Source of the DNA: an uncultured Hormoscilla sp.
GTDB lineage: Bacteria > Cyanobacteriota > Cyanobacteriia > Cyanobacteriales > Desertifilaceae
Direction: 5' to 3'
NCBI GenBank assembly: GCA_963921275.4
Contig: OZ001293.3
Span: 1,376,001 to 1,440,000, forward strand
DNA: 64,000 nucleotides
In this document: one piece after another, positions 1 through 11,438 of the stretch
Layout of the letters: every line of letters begins with the position of its first letter
How positions within the stretch are numbered: the stretch's first letter is position 1
Notes under the pieces: model-generated
Seen by the model: the letters and a program-made list of their open reading frames with translations, nothing else
Database searches by the model: none
Told to the model about the DNA's origin: nothing
Translations under genes and position numbers: made by a program

Positions 1-200
1 AACAATGCTATAGCAACCAGCGGTAACATGGTGAAGAAAGTGCTAAAATAAGTAATTGCCGATTTGAAGAGAAAAGCCCTCACCTGGAAGAAAGTAAAAT
101 CCTCTATCATGGGCTGATAATTGAAGAGGATGGCGATCGCGCCAGGGATGAGTAATAAGAATACCCATAAGCGGTAACGCCAGCGGTTTCCTTTTTCGCA
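1..200 (-). pseudogene. Possible membrane-protein fragment running off the left edge
   Basis: The frame of ORF 201..428 continues past TAG (201-203) as CEKGNRWRYRLWVFLLLIPGAIAILF...FFTMLPLVAIAL, which is hydrophobic and TM-like. Family not recognised. Confidence 0.3.
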
Positions 201-402
201 CTACCCGGGGGACACAGATTGCTGATGGCGGTAGCAAGGAAATTCGAGAGTCGAGGGTATTGCCCGGATTATAAATTTATTTGCTAAATGAAGCCTTTCC
301 CATGAGTCGGAGGATGAATCAAACTCAAGTATATTCTTGGTTGTTAACCCAATTTCAACAATAGCACGATCGGGGCTGGTGGGCGATCGCCCACCAGCGC
401 AA

Positions 403-1293
403 CTAAGAACCACCTTCTCGATAAGCACGAATCATGGCCTGAGTTCTCAGTTCGCCACCGATACCGCCATCGAGTTCTTTAACTATCTGTAAAAAGCGAT
501 CGGCCATATCCATTCCGGGCAAAATCTGACCAGAAGACTGAAGACTTTCCCGTACCAACCTCAAGTCTTTAAGAAGATGCTTGATCGCGAAACCAGGTGC
601 TAAGTCAGCGTCGGCAATTTTCGGTCCCAAGTTTGACAGCGCCCAAGACCCAGCCGCACCTTTGCTACAAACTTCTACCATTAACATGGGGTCAATTTCC
701 TGTTGTTCTGCCAGTTTGAGCGCTTCGCATAAACTCATTATATTTACGGCACAAAGCACCTGATTGCAGAGTTTCACCGCCTGACCGCTACCTACTGGTC
801 CGCAAAGGCGAATTGTCTTTCCCATGATTTCAAATAAGGGCTTGCATTCGGTAAAATCTTGCTCATCGCCCCCTACCATAATTACCAGGGTGCCTTTTTG
901 CGCCCCGATGTCCCCCCCAGAAATTGGCGCATCCAAAAAGCGCAGTTGACGTTGTTGCAGTTCGGCGCCAATTTTCCGCGCTGCTACGGGCCCGATCGTA
1001 CTCATATCTACCACTAAAGTTCCCGGTTGGGCAAATGCCGCCGCCCCTTCCGGTCCGAGGATGACAGCTTCCATGTCGGGTACGTCCCCCACGCAGGTGA
1101 AAATTACCTCAGCGGACGACACCGCCTCCTGAATGGATGATACCACTTGCGCCCCCGCACTTGCAGCAACTTCCACTCCGGGCCGATCGCTCGTGCGATT
1201 CCAGGCCATTACCTGGAGACCGCTGCGTGCCAGATTAGCGGTCCGATGACCGCCCATCATGCCGAGTCCGAGAAATGCAATTTGTTTGTGCAT
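403..1293 (-). CDS. NAD(P)-dependent oxidoreductase, 3-hydroxyisobutyrate/tartronate-semialdehyde dehydrogenase family
   Basis: IAFLGLGMMG Rossmann motif, FLDAPISGG, GSGQAVKLCNQ catalytic Lys motif, GFAIKHLLKDL. Confidence 0.9.
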   Translation of the reverse strand: MHKQIAFLGLGMMGGHRTANLARSGLQVMAWNRTSDRPGVEVAASAGAQVVSSIQEAVSSAEVIFTCVGDVPDMEAVILGPEGAAAFAQPGTLVVDMSTIGPVAARKIGAELQQRQLRFLDAPISGGDIGAQKGTLVIMVGGDEQDFTECKPLFEIMGKTIRLCGPVGSGQAVKLCNQVLCAVNIMSLCEALKLAEQQEIDPMLMVEVCSKGAAGSWALSNLGPKIADADLAPGFAIKHLLKDLRLVRESLQSSGQILPGMDMADRFLQIVKELDGGIGGELRTQAMIRAYREGGS

Positions 1294-1412
1294 GCTATAA
1301 TTCCACTATGGACAACAATCTAGTTTATCAGCTAGATTTCCGACAAGTAATGACCGATGACACAATTTTGATTGATCATCGATCTAGAGAAGCTAAGACA
1401 AGGTGCTTGCAG

Positions 1413-1652
1413 ATGAACTCAACTAAAGAATTATTACACCATAGCATTGACCGATTGAGCGAAGCCGAAGCCCGACAAACTCTGGAGTTTGTCCAAAGTG
1501 TACAGCAAAGCAGCAACTTACTCCCAACTTTAAGGCGCTTAGCGCTAGATCCAGCGTTCAAGATTACTCCTGGAGGATTATCAGCTTTTCCCGTCGTCAA
1601 ACCCATCCAGGCTAAAGGGATCGCCGCCTCTAAATTATTGGTGGAGGAATGA
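1413..1652 (+). CDS. Putative type II antitoxin (VapB-like)
   Basis: Short ORF ending ...GIAASKLLVEE, ATGA-coupled to a downstream PIN-toxin remnant. Confidence 0.55.
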   Translation: MNSTKELLHHSIDRLSEAEARQTLEFVQSVQQSSNLLPTLRRLALDPAFKITPGGLSAFPVVKPIQAKGIAASKLLVEE

Positions 1653-1831
1653 CGGTGATTTTTTACTATATGGATGCTAGCGCCTGGGTAAAACGCTACC
1701 TTCAAGAAACTGGTCGGGCAGTCGAACAACTAACGTTCGTTACCTCCGATCGCGAGCTAAAGGATGCGGCCAGAGCGTCGGGTCTGGATGTTATCGATCC
1801 AGAAGAACAACAGCTCCCAACTTCACCATAG
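1649..1831 (+). pseudogene. PIN-domain (VapC) toxin with large internal in-frame deletion
   Basis: N-terminal YYMDASAWVKRY..ETG is joined directly to C-terminal LTFVTSDRELKDAARASGLDVIDP; only 60 aa, central helices missing. Confidence 0.7.
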
Positions 1832-1965
1832 CGAGACTTAGTTGACATATTGTACTATTAATAAGCTGGAGGCAGAGCCTCGAAAGCCCCGTTCCCAGCC
1901 AGAGACTGGGAACGAGAGTTAAAGCCCGCACAGGCGGGCTTTGTTCATGTAGCGATACCCTAAAG

Positions 1966-1996
1966 GGTATCGCGGTATCGCGGTATCGCGGTATCG
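1966..1996. repeat. Short tandem repeat (GGTATCGC)x~4
   Basis: ggtatcgc ggtatcgc ggtatcgc ggtatcg; HIP1-like octamer. Confidence 0.8.
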
Positions 1997-2088
1997 TAGC
2001 GCTTGCCTCGGGATGCAGCGATCGCGTGATTTGGGGAACAATATCCGAGCATACCATCTCTTACTATCATAACTTACAGAATAATTAC

Positions 2089-3534
2089 ATGCTCAATCTT
2101 AGATGCGCTCGGATTGTCTTAACAATCTGTATCTGGCAATTAACAGCGGTGCCATTTCTGGCTGCTGCTGCCAAGAGTCCCCAGCATACTGTGGCCCAAA
2201 ACCCATCCCTTTGTCCCGGTCAACTGGCTGCTGAAATTGATGCGATCGTCTCACGCCCCCAATTCCGCCGTCAGCGTTGGGGAATTTTAATCCGACCTTT
2301 ATTCTCGTCCCAGACTCTCTACAGTCGCGATGCGGAAAAATACTTTGTTCCCGCTTCTAATGCTAAACTGCTAATTACGGCCGCCGCCTTACATAAACTG
2401 GGTGCAGACTATCGGATTAGAACCTCAGTTTATCGGGACAGTTTAGGCGTCCGAGTCGTGGGCCGGGGAGACCCCAGTTTAGATCCTGCGCAATTACAAA
2501 GCTTAGCACAACAGCTCGACGGAATTCGCCGCATCAACCAACTCATTGGCGATGACTCTTACTTTCAAGAAGCTGCTATTAATCCTAGCTGGGAATGGTC
2601 AGACGTGCAAGCTGGCTATGGCACCGCAGTTAATAGCTTAATCGTCAATGAAAATGCGATCGCATTTACCCTGTTTCCCCAAGGGGTAGGGGAACCCTTG
2701 CGAGTCGAGTGGGACGATCCTGTGGAGGAGTTTGGCTGGAGAATTGAGAACAATTCCCGATCGGTTGCAGCCACAGAACCAGAATTTATCGCTGTCGGAC
2801 GAGATTTACGCAGTCGAGTCTTACGAGTCAGGGGACAACTGCGATCGGGGGCCCCATCAGAAGATGCAGCCGTAGCAGTAGTCGATCCAGCTAATAATTT
2901 TCTCCAGCATTTTCGCCGGGCCTTAGCCGCTGAAGGCATTGCCGTTCTCCGGACAGCAGTAACATCTAAAAGTCAACCCCCAACCCGAGAAATAGCAGCC
3001 GTAGAATCTCCACCATTATCAGAACTATTGCAAGAGATAAACCAATGGAGTAATAATCTCTATGCTGAGGCATTATTGCGAGTCCTGGGTGCCACAAATA
3101 AGCAAGAGAAAAACAGTCTCAAGGTGGTAAAACTCATCCTAACCGCATTGGGAGTTAACCCAGAAAGTTACATCCTTACGGACGCCGCTGGGTTATCCCG
3201 TCACAACCTCGTAACTCCAGAAGCATTGGTGCAAACTCTCCAGCTTATGGCCCGATCGCCGGCAGCAGCAGAGTATCGCGCCTCCCTCGCAGTTGCGGGT
3301 GGTAGAGAAGGTTCCCTCAGAAGTCGCTTTCGCGGGACTCCAGCGGAAGGGAGACTTCAGGGGAAAACAGGTTTGTTGAGTGGCGTCGCAGCTTTATCGG
3401 GATATCTGGATGTTCCCGGGTACGATCGCCTGGTTTTTAGCATCATTATCAATCAGTCCGATCTCTCTGGGGCCCAGTTGCGCCAGGCGATCGATGAGAT
3501 AATTGTACTGCTGACTCGCCTGCGACGCTGTTAA
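2089..3534 (+). CDS. dacB: D-alanyl-D-alanine carboxypeptidase/endopeptidase (PBP4, peptidase S13)
   Basis: PASNAK (SxxK), SNN (SxN), GKTG motifs and a signal peptide; ATG 2089 preferred. Confidence 0.92.
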   Translation: MLNLRCARIVLTICIWQLTAVPFLAAAAKSPQHTVAQNPSLCPGQLAAEIDAIVSRPQFRRQRWGILIRPLFSSQTLYSRDAEKYFVPASNAKLLITAAALHKLGADYRIRTSVYRDSLGVRVVGRGDPSLDPAQLQSLAQQLDGIRRINQLIGDDSYFQEAAINPSWEWSDVQAGYGTAVNSLIVNENAIAFTLFPQGVGEPLRVEWDDPVEEFGWRIENNSRSVAATEPEFIAVGRDLRSRVLRVRGQLRSGAPSEDAAVAVVDPANNFLQHFRRALAAEGIAVLRTAVTSKSQPPTREIAAVESPPLSELLQEINQWSNNLYAEALLRVLGATNKQEKNSLKVVKLILTALGVNPESYILTDAAGLSRHNLVTPEALVQTLQLMARSPAAAEYRASLAVAGGREGSLRSRFRGTPAEGRLQGKTGLLSGVAALSGYLDVPGYDRLVFSIIINQSDLSGAQLRQAIDEIIVLLTRLRRC

Positions 3535-3628
3535 TTGTTAATTTTCAATTGTTAATCGTTTTGTTAATTGCCAGGAAAGGAAGCAATTACACCACCTTCG
3601 CAATTTTTTATTTGCAATTAACAATTCC

Positions 3629-5122
3629 CTAACCTTTCACAAGTGCCACCTCATACCGCTTGCCGTTCTTTTTTAACTTTAAAGAACTACAATCCTGCAA
3701 AAAATTCATAAATTTGCTCCCTAGATTTAAGCTCTTCATAGTCTTAGTCACGGTATGATCATATCGCTTTTGGAATTCCGTTCCCACCTTGGAAATATTA
3801 ATATATGAGCCAGAAGATTGAATTGTTAAACTTTGGACAATATCAACCATTACCTTCTCCATATCTGCCCGGGAATTAATTTCCGAAACCTGCTTCTTCA
3901 CATCTTCTGCTTCCAACTTAATTCCCAAAAGACTCCGGAGTTGTAAGCTTTGGCAAGACTGCAAAAACTTGCTGACATAAGGCGCTAGCTTTAAGCGCTT
4001 AATAATTGCATTCGCAGATTCTCCGTAGACCTTATGCAATTCTTTACTGATGTTGACCACAGTTAGCTTCATGGGCGGTTGCTTGCGCAGCATTCCCTCA
4101 ATAGTTACGATCATTGCCTTTTCTAAATCTTCCCGGGAATCGATCTGAGTGGGTCCAGCAGTCAGTTCAGCAGTCGGTTCCGCTAAGGGCTGTGGTTCGA
4201 GAGCGATCGAGTAATTTGCCAGTTCCGAAGTATGCAAGCGGTGTCGTTCTTCAAACAGGTGAGCAACAGCAGACAACTGGCCGATGCGCTCATTAATAGA
4301 GGCATGTTCTGCGGCCAGCAGGTGCTCGACCTGTTGCACCAGCCCAGCAAAATCGGGAATTTCTGACTTCATAGATAGGGAATAGTGATTTTTCTCCCCA
4401 GTAAGTCGATTTTCCACAGTCAGATTCTTATTTTGCTTGCGCACCCGATAGACAGTCAAGCCTTGGGTTTGCAATTCATTACAGAGGTGGGTTAACAGCC
4501 AATCAGAAGAACAGACAAAGACTTCTTTCGCATCGGGATAATGGCGAGAGACCCCAGCCCCCATAGCCAGCATTTGCGCATCCGCACTATTCTTACCTAA
4601 GGGGACGTGAATCAGTTGATAGCCCTGTTCGTAGAATTCAGTATCTTTGTCAGCGGGCATTTTTCTCCAGTTAGCAAAAGCAATCTTCACTTGCAGGGGA
4701 TAGTTGCCGATCCCGCTCAAGAACTGCTCCAGATTAGCATCAAACTTGTTCAGGTTTTCCGCATCCAGCAGTAAAATAGCGATGCCTGACTCTGGTTGAG
4801 CTGGAGGTGGTGGCAACTGGGGCAAATTTTGCTGCCCTAATTGGGCGGCGGCGTCGCGAAACTCGTTACTATTCAGGGTTTCCAGCAGTACAGAAGCTAA
4901 AAGACTTAGCTTATCCCGGTCCTGGGGGACATCGGGCTGTGCCAGGACGGGCAAGGATACAGTTTCAGCAGCAGTCTCCTGGACCTCGTCAAGAACCCGC
5001 ACCAGTTCGGCTGATTTGGGATAGACGAAATTACGTCCGCAGTCTTTGCAGCGGTATCTCTGCCTGTCGCCAGCACGACCGTTTTTACGCAGGTTGGTGG
5101 ATTCACATTTGGGACATTGCAT
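3629..5122 (-). CDS. NYN-domain protein with N-terminal IS1-InsA-like zinc ribbon and two C-terminal OST-HTH/LOTUS-like repeats
   Basis: CPKC..CKDC zinc ribbon; NYN motifs LLLDAEN, GKNSADAQM, VCSSD; two similar C-terminal repeats (SREDLEK...SKFLQSCQSL / SRADMEK...MNFLQDCSSL). Confidence 0.75.
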   Translation of the reverse strand: MQCPKCESTNLRKNGRAGDRQRYRCKDCGRNFVYPKSAELVRVLDEVQETAAETVSLPVLAQPDVPQDRDKLSLLASVLLETLNSNEFRDAAAQLGQQNLPQLPPPPAQPESGIAILLLDAENLNKFDANLEQFLSGIGNYPLQVKIAFANWRKMPADKDTEFYEQGYQLIHVPLGKNSADAQMLAMGAGVSRHYPDAKEVFVCSSDWLLTHLCNELQTQGLTVYRVRKQNKNLTVENRLTGEKNHYSLSMKSEIPDFAGLVQQVEHLLAAEHASINERIGQLSAVAHLFEERHRLHTSELANYSIALEPQPLAEPTAELTAGPTQIDSREDLEKAMIVTIEGMLRKQPPMKLTVVNISKELHKVYGESANAIIKRLKLAPYVSKFLQSCQSLQLRSLLGIKLEAEDVKKQVSEINSRADMEKVMVDIVQSLTIQSSGSYINISKVGTEFQKRYDHTVTKTMKSLNLGSKFMNFLQDCSSLKLKKNGKRYEVALVKG

Positions 5123-5204
5123 GATATTGCTATTCAGATCGCATTAAATCTATAGTTGCTAACAGGGCATAATTAGATCGACAAGCTTTACAAATCTTAA
5201 AACA

Positions 5205-6716
5205 ATGGCGAGAGATTTACGGGGATTCATCCAGTTGCTGGAAGGGCGGGGACAACTGCTGCGGATAGACGCCTTGGTCGATCCTGACTTAGAAATTGCC
5301 GAGATTGCCAACCGGATGCTGCAACGGGGGGGACCCGGGTTGCTGTTTGAACGGGTCAAGGGCGCATCCTTTCCCGTTGCGGTCAACCTGATGGGGACCG
5401 TCGAGAGGATCTGCTGGGCGATGAACATGCAGCATCCCCAGGAGTTGGAGGAACTGGGAAAAAAGTTGGCGATGCTGCAACAACCGAAACCCCCAAAGCA
5501 GATTTCTCAGGCGATCGACTTTGGGAAGGTGTTGTTTGATGTAGTGAAAGCCAAACCAGGACGGGACTTTTTCCCCCTTTGTCAGCAGGTGGTAATCGGG
5601 GAAAATGAGTTAGACCTCAACCAGTTACCCCTGATCCGTCCCTATCCGGGAGATGCGGGCAAGATTATCCCCCTGGGTTTGGTCATCACTAAGGACTGCC
5701 AGACGAAAACTCCTAATGTCGGAGTCTATCGCTTGCAGTTGCAATCTCGCCATAGCATGACAGTACATTGGTTATCGGTGCGGGGTGGGGCCCGTCACCT
5801 ACGCAAAGCAGCAGAGAATGGCCAGCAGTTGGAAGTGGCGATCGCCCTGGGGGTGGACCCCCTAATTATCATGGCAGCGGCCACACCCATTCCGGTAGAC
5901 TTATCAGAATGGCTATTTGCTGGATTATACGGCGGTACGGGGGTCAAGTTAGCTAAATGCAAGACCGTAGATTTAGAAGTGCCCGCCGACTCTGAGTTTG
6001 TCTTAGAAGGGACAATTACCCCAGGGGAAGTCTTGCCAGATGGTCCCTTTGGCGATCATATGGGATATTATGGCGTCCTGGAAGATTCGCCCCTGATCCG
6101 CTTTCACTGCATGACCCATCGCCAAGATCCCATATATCTCACCACCTTCAGCGGGCGTCCCCCCAAAGAAGAAGCAATGATGGCGATCGCCCTCAACCGC
6201 ATCTACACCCCCATTTTACGGCAACAAGTTTCAGAAATCGTCGATTTCTTCCTCCCCATGGAAGCCCTGAGTTACAAGGCCGCGATCGTTTCCATAGACA
6301 AAGCCTATCCCGGACAAGCGCGACGGGCGGCCTTAGCCTTTTGGACGGCATTGCCCCAATTTACCTATACCAAATTTGTCATCGTCGTGGATAAAAATAT
6401 CAACGTGCGAGATCCGCACCAGGTCGTCTGGGCGATCGCCTCCAAAGTTGACCCCAGGCGGGATGTATTTATTTTACCGAATACGCCCTTTGACAGTTTA
6501 GACTTTGCGAGTGAGAAAATCGGCTTAGGGGGGCGCATGGGGATTGATGCTACCACGAAGATCCCCCCAGAAACGGAACATGAATGGGGCGCACCGCTGG
6601 AGTCCGATCCAGAGGTAGCAGCGATGGTAGAAAGACGCTGGCAAGAATATGGCTTAGATGATGTAGAGTTAACAGAGGAGGTTGACCCCAACCTGTTTGG
6701 CTATGATATGCGGTAA
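5205..6716 (+). CDS. ubiD: UbiD-family prFMN-dependent decarboxylase (plastoquinone pathway)
   Basis: NVGVYRLQ, EFVLEG, DGPFGDHMGYY, GRPPKEE, GIDATTK motifs. Confidence 0.92.
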   Translation: MARDLRGFIQLLEGRGQLLRIDALVDPDLEIAEIANRMLQRGGPGLLFERVKGASFPVAVNLMGTVERICWAMNMQHPQELEELGKKLAMLQQPKPPKQISQAIDFGKVLFDVVKAKPGRDFFPLCQQVVIGENELDLNQLPLIRPYPGDAGKIIPLGLVITKDCQTKTPNVGVYRLQLQSRHSMTVHWLSVRGGARHLRKAAENGQQLEVAIALGVDPLIIMAAATPIPVDLSEWLFAGLYGGTGVKLAKCKTVDLEVPADSEFVLEGTITPGEVLPDGPFGDHMGYYGVLEDSPLIRFHCMTHRQDPIYLTTFSGRPPKEEAMMAIALNRIYTPILRQQVSEIVDFFLPMEALSYKAAIVSIDKAYPGQARRAALAFWTALPQFTYTKFVIVVDKNINVRDPHQVVWAIASKVDPRRDVFILPNTPFDSLDFASEKIGLGGRMGIDATTKIPPETEHEWGAPLESDPEVAAMVERRWQEYGLDDVELTEEVDPNLFGYDMR

Positions 6717-6717
6717 A

Positions 6718-6810
6718 CTGAAAAATTGAAAATTGAAAATTGAAAATTTAGATTTTAGAATTGAAAACCAATAACTGACAACTGATAACTAACAACTGAT
6801 AATTGATAAG
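6718..6810. repeat. Heptamer short tandem repeats (STRR-like)
   Basis: (TGAAAAT)n then (AACTGAY/AACTAAC)n; similar tracts at about 8333-8383, 10690-10733, 55855-55900, 56319-56355 and 57789-57827. Confidence 0.75.
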
Positions 6811-6823
6811 TGGTGAATAATCA

Positions 6824-7225
6824 ATGTTAGAAAAAAAACCATCAGAACCCATTTACAACAAAAATGGTGTCCGAATCACCATAAATGTGCTCGATATTCA
6901 GGGCGATCGGTATCAAATTCGCTATATTGATAGTATTAAGACGAGCCAAAAAAATCCAAAAAAAAAACTAAAACTGAGGGTAATTTATTTGGGAGTTCTA
7001 GTAGTAATCTTGGGTGTATTAATCAGACGTGTAGAATTGGTCTTACTCGGTTTGTCATTGATTTATATGGGCAATTACAAGAATGAAAAACTGAAGTATC
7101 TGAAAAGCACCTACACAGTTAGTATGACGACAACGGTCGGCAAAGAACTCAGCTACAGTTGTTCAGACGGTGCGGAAATTCAAGAAATCCTAGCAGCTAT
7201 GGAAACAGCACTGAATCAATTGTAA
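6824..7225 (+). CDS. Small membrane protein (DUF6232-like)
   Basis: GVRIT...Y.IRYIDS N-terminus, two TM helices, C-terminal EILAAMETAL. Confidence 0.55.
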   Translation: MLEKKPSEPIYNKNGVRITINVLDIQGDRYQIRYIDSIKTSQKNPKKKLKLRVIYLGVLVVILGVLIRRVELVLLGLSLIYMGNYKNEKLKYLKSTYTVSMTTTVGKELSYSCSDGAEIQEILAAMETALNQL

Positions 7226-7314
7226 TAGATATTTACTTGTCCCGATCGGGCAGTTGGCTAATATCTCCGGACAGGCGACACGCCTGTCCGGACCAACTGA
7301 CTACATACTGTAAA

Positions 7315-8316
7315 CTAAACCAATAAATCCCGCCGGGGCTTGAACTCCTCGATCTGCCGCAAATTTTCATAAACTTCCCGTTCTTCTGGACTAATCTCCT
7401 TAGGAATAACAACCTGAATTTCCACAATTTGGTCGCCACGTCTGCCCCTGCTATCAGGATAACCCTTATTAGCAAGGCGTAAGCGTTGACCGGGGGAAAC
7501 TCCCGGCGGCACATTCATTTTCACCAACCCATCCAGAGTCGGCACTTCCATCGACCCCCCTAACACCGCTTCACAAGGAGTCACAGGTAGTTGACAGTAA
7601 ATATCAGAACCTTCCAACCCAAAGAACTCATGAGGTGCTACAGTAATTTTCAAGAACAGGTCACCACCGCCAAGACCTTGATTCCGCAGTCGGATCCGCT
7701 GCCCAGTTACCATCCCCGGCGGCATCTCTACCTCGATCGATCGCCCATCTTCCAGACGAATGCGCTCATTTCCGCCCCAAAAAGCCTTCTCCAAAGGTAT
7801 AGTCAGTCGCGCCTCCACATCCCGCCGAGCAGGAATTGTGTTATAAGTTTTCTTCGCACTGCGCCGATAAGAATCAGCAGAAGGATCCGTTACCCGATCG
7901 CGTTCCCCAGTCGGCGCACCCACCTTCACTTCCCGCCGACGGTTCAGCAAGCTGTCCAAAAAGCCATCAAAAGTGGAGAATTGCTTGAAATACTCCATCT
8001 CTTCGGCGGACAAGCGACTCGAACCTTTACCATAACGTCCGTTTTTAGGACGCAACTTCTGGTACTGCAAAAACCGACTGAACCTATCGTATTGCGATCG
8101 CCTATTTGGATCGGACAGAACCTCATAAGCTTCGTTAATATCCTTAAACCTTTCCTCCGCCTCTTTATCTCCCGGATTCAAATCTGGATGGTACTGCCTC
8201 GCCAATTTCCGGTATGCCTTTTTGATTTCCTCAACCGAAGCATCTCTAGGAACTCCCAGAATCTCATAGTAGTTCCGAAAGTTTTGCATAGTTAGTGGTA
8301 ATAGCTGCTTATTCAT
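7315..8316 (-). CDS. dnaJ: DnaJ-class co-chaperone (type II, no Zn finger)
   Basis: J-domain with HPD motif and DnaJ C-terminal domain; directly downstream of dnaK; ATG 8289 is an alternative start. Confidence 0.9.
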   Translation of the reverse strand: MNKQLLPLTMQNFRNYYEILGVPRDASVEEIKKAYRKLARQYHPDLNPGDKEAEERFKDINEAYEVLSDPNRRSQYDRFSRFLQYQKLRPKNGRYGKGSSRLSAEEMEYFKQFSTFDGFLDSLLNRRREVKVGAPTGERDRVTDPSADSYRRSAKKTYNTIPARRDVEARLTIPLEKAFWGGNERIRLEDGRSIEVEMPPGMVTGQRIRLRNQGLGGGDLFLKITVAPHEFFGLEGSDIYCQLPVTPCEAVLGGSMEVPTLDGLVKMNVPPGVSPGQRLRLANKGYPDSRGRRGDQIVEIQVVIPKEISPEEREVYENLRQIEEFKPRRDLLV

Positions 8317-8469
8317 TCTCGCACCACATCAATTGTTAGTTGCTATTTGTTATTTGTCAGTTGTTATTTGTTAGTTGTTAGTTTTCTAAAGAACGAATTG
8401 CTGACTATGGACAGGCGAAACCCCGTCCTACGACTCGGACAGGCGTTTCGTCCGTCCTACGGCCTCTGA

Positions 8470-10494
8470 TTATAACCACTCATCATCATCATCCCAGTCC
8501 TTATTATCATTATAATTACTATACCTACTGCTATTGCTGCTATAGCGACTCGATCTGACAGCATCAGAAGGTCGGCGATAGGTTCTAGATGTTGTATAGC
8601 TATCTGAACGCCGATCGCGATCTCCCGAGAAAGTACGACGAATGGAACCAAACAAATCATCATCATCTTCCTCACTCAAGCGCAGACGTATTTCTCGGTT
8701 CAGGTCATAGAGGACATCTTGCAAATCAGCGCCCACCCGGTCTATGCCCCGATCTTCATTCCTTCTGAGGCTATCCCGCAATTCCTCAATTAAGGGGTCA
8801 ATTTGGCGACGATATTGATTAGCAAACTGCATGCCAAAATCCAGAGTCGCTTCTCTGAGTTGCCGTTCTGCCCGGACTATCAAAGCTTCAGCGCGATTAC
8901 GCTTTTCGAGCCGTTCCCGCCGTTCTCGGTCAACTTGAGCATATTGTTCCGCCTCGCGGATCATGCGATTAACTTCATCTTGAGATAGAGTCGAAGCCCC
9001 TTGAATAGTAATACTTTGCTCCCGACCTGTAGTTCTATCCAAAGCCGTTACCTGCAATATGCCATTAGCATCGATATCAAAGGACACCTGAATCTGAGGG
9101 ACGCCTCTCGGGGCCGGGGGAATCCCAGTCAACTTAAACCGTCCCAGAGACTTATTATTCCCTGCCATCTCGCGTTCGCCTTGAAGCGCATGGACTTCCA
9201 CCAAAGTTTGATTATCCTGTGCCGTCGAGAAAATATCAGAACGCCGCACTGGTATAGTAGTGTTGCGAGGAATCAGCTTCTTCATCACCCCATTAGCCGT
9301 TTCCAGTCCCAGGGATAGGGGCGTCACATCCAACAACAGCACATCTTTAACCATACCCAAGAGGATGCTAGCTTGAATTGCCGCACCAACAGCTACCACT
9401 TCATCGGGATTGACATTTTGATTGGGTTCTTTATCGATGAAGCTACGCACCAACTGTTGCACCCAAGGAATCCTCGTCGAACCGCCAACCAGAACCACTT
9501 CATCTATTTCCACCGGACTCAAATCAGCATCCTGTAAAGCTTGCTTAATCGGTCTTCTCAGGCGACTCACCAGGTCACCGCATAAATCTTCAAACTGAGA
9601 ACGGGTCAGCCTGGTTTCTAAATGCTTAGGACCGTCAGCCGTAGCAGTAATAAAGGGGAGATTGATGTCTGTCACGCTGACCCCAGATAGTTCAATCTTA
9701 GCCTTTTCCGCAGCTTCCAGCAAGCGTTGCAAAGCTTGGCGATCGTGACGTCTCAAGTCTATACCTTCCGCTTCCATAAACTGCTCGGCCAGCCAGTCAA
9801 CAATCCTTTTATCAAAATCATTGCCTCCGAGTTGGGTGTCGCCGCTAGTAGCCTTCACCTCAAACACCCCATCCCCAACATCCAAGATCGAGACATCAAA
9901 CGTACCCCCACCCAAATCGAACACCAGAATAGTCTGATAATCCCGGCGTTCCAATCCATAGGCCAAAGATGCAGCAGTCGGTTCATTCAGAATCCGCTTC
10001 ACCTCTAAACCAGCAATCCGTCCAGCATCTCGTGTCGCCTGCCGCTGGGAGTCATTAAAGTAAGCAGGGACGGTAATCACCGCACCGGTCACTGGTTCTC
10101 CCAGATAACGACTGGCATCATCTGCCAACTTCCGCAGAATCATGGCCGAGATTTCTTCCGAGACAAAGTCCTTCTTCAGGCGGGGACATTTAATTTTAAT
10201 ATTGCCCACCTCATCCCGACGGATAGTATAGGGAACACGCTTGGACTCTGGACTGAGTTCCGAGTACCTGCGACCAATAAATCGCTTCACTGCGTAGAAA
10301 GTATTTTCAGGATTGAGTACCGTCTGCCGCCGTGCCATTTGTCCGACAACTAACTCCCGATCCTTGCTAAAGCCAACCACTGAGGGGGTAGTCCGCATCC
10401 CTTCTGCATTGGCAATTACCAATGGTTTGCCGCCTTCCATCACGGCTATCACTGAGTTAGTTGTCCCTAAGTCAATGCCGACTACTTTGCCCAT
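8470..10494 (-). CDS. dnaK: Hsp70 chaperone DnaK (cyanobacterial DnaK3-like paralogue)
   Basis: [29 protein letters not shown]; acidic tail ...WDDDDEWL. Confidence 0.97.
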   Translation of the reverse strand: MGKVVGIDLGTTNSVIAVMEGGKPLVIANAEGMRTTPSVVGFSKDRELVVGQMARRQTVLNPENTFYAVKRFIGRRYSELSPESKRVPYTIRRDEVGNIKIKCPRLKKDFVSEEISAMILRKLADDASRYLGEPVTGAVITVPAYFNDSQRQATRDAGRIAGLEVKRILNEPTAASLAYGLERRDYQTILVFDLGGGTFDVSILDVGDGVFEVKATSGDTQLGGNDFDKRIVDWLAEQFMEAEGIDLRRHDRQALQRLLEAAEKAKIELSGVSVTDINLPFITATADGPKHLETRLTRSQFEDLCGDLVSRLRRPIKQALQDADLSPVEIDEVVLVGGSTRIPWVQQLVRSFIDKEPNQNVNPDEVVAVGAAIQASILLGMVKDVLLLDVTPLSLGLETANGVMKKLIPRNTTIPVRRSDIFSTAQDNQTLVEVHALQGEREMAGNNKSLGRFKLTGIPPAPRGVPQIQVSFDIDANGILQVTALDRTTGREQSITIQGASTLSQDEVNRMIREAEQYAQVDRERRERLEKRNRAEALIVRAERQLREATLDFGMQFANQYRRQIDPLIEELRDSLRRNEDRGIDRVGADLQDVLYDLNREIRLRLSEEDDDDLFGSIRRTFSGDRDRRSDSYTTSRTYRRPSDAVRSSRYSSNSSRYSNYNDNKDWDDDDEWL

Positions 10495-10733
10495 CTATCA
10501 CTTTTCTCCTCGCGTATCTTAATCTAATCTTGTTCCTTGCGTAGGACGGGCGGATCCCCTGTCCGTCTGGTAAGGCTGGCCAGAACGCCTGCCCGTTGTC
10601 AGCGCGTCGCTGATGCCCAGAAGCATTGCTGGACTTATTCTATCTTGTTCCTGCCGATGTATGACTGACAATATTCAAAATTCAAAATTAACCGCCAACA
10701 ACTAACCGCCAATAACTGACCGCCAACAACTGA

Positions 10734-11438
10734 TCACTGGTCACCGTCTACCACTTCTGAAAGTTTGCCCCCCAGTAGATAGGTAGTCATTTGGCCTTTA
10801 CCTTTGATATTGATTGGTCTGCGTACCGTCAACTGATACTTATCCCGCAGCAGTTCATAGGTAGAAGCCGTGAGTTGGATAGTTCCCGATATGCCATGAG
10901 ATTCCATGCGGCTAGCGGTGTTCACGGTATCGCCCCACAGGTCGTAAATGAACTTTTTGGTGCCAATCACCCCTGCTACCACCGGTCCGCTGTTAATGCC
11001 GATGCGGATCTGCAATGCTTCGCCAGTTTTAGCATTAAATTCTGAAAGCCCCCGTTGCATATCCAGGGCCATTTCGGCGATCGCCTCGGCGTGGTCACTG
11101 CGAGGTACAGGCAAACCACCCACTACCATATAGGCATCCCGATCGTCTTAATTTTCTCCAACCCATGCAGTTCACTGAGTTGATCGAACTTCGAGAAAAT
11201 CAGATTCAGGAGTTCTACCAGTTCCGTCGGCGATCGCCGAGCCGAAATTTCTGTAAAGTCTACGATATCAGCAAACATCACCGTCACATCATCAAAGCTT
11301 TCCGCGATCGCGCTTTGAGCTTTTTTCAGGCGTTCGGCAATTCTCGCTGGCAATATATTATGTAATAATCGTTCCGTTTGCAGCTTTTGATAACGCAGGG
11401 CCGCATTCATTTGCTTGCGTTCAGTTATGTTGATCGCC
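10734..11438 (-). pseudogene. Class III adenylate/guanylate cyclase, 3' remnant
   Basis: VTVMFADIVDFT, KIKTIG|DAYMVVGG (1-bp frameshift near 11138), YDLWGDTVNTASRMES; upstream PAS-exit motif NITERKQ is cut by an antisense intron at 11439. Confidence 0.88.

Noticed and set aside
5020..5122. IS1 element at the start of the NYN gene
   Set aside because: Only a zinc ribbon is present, in frame with NYN; no InsB/DDE domain or terminal repeats.
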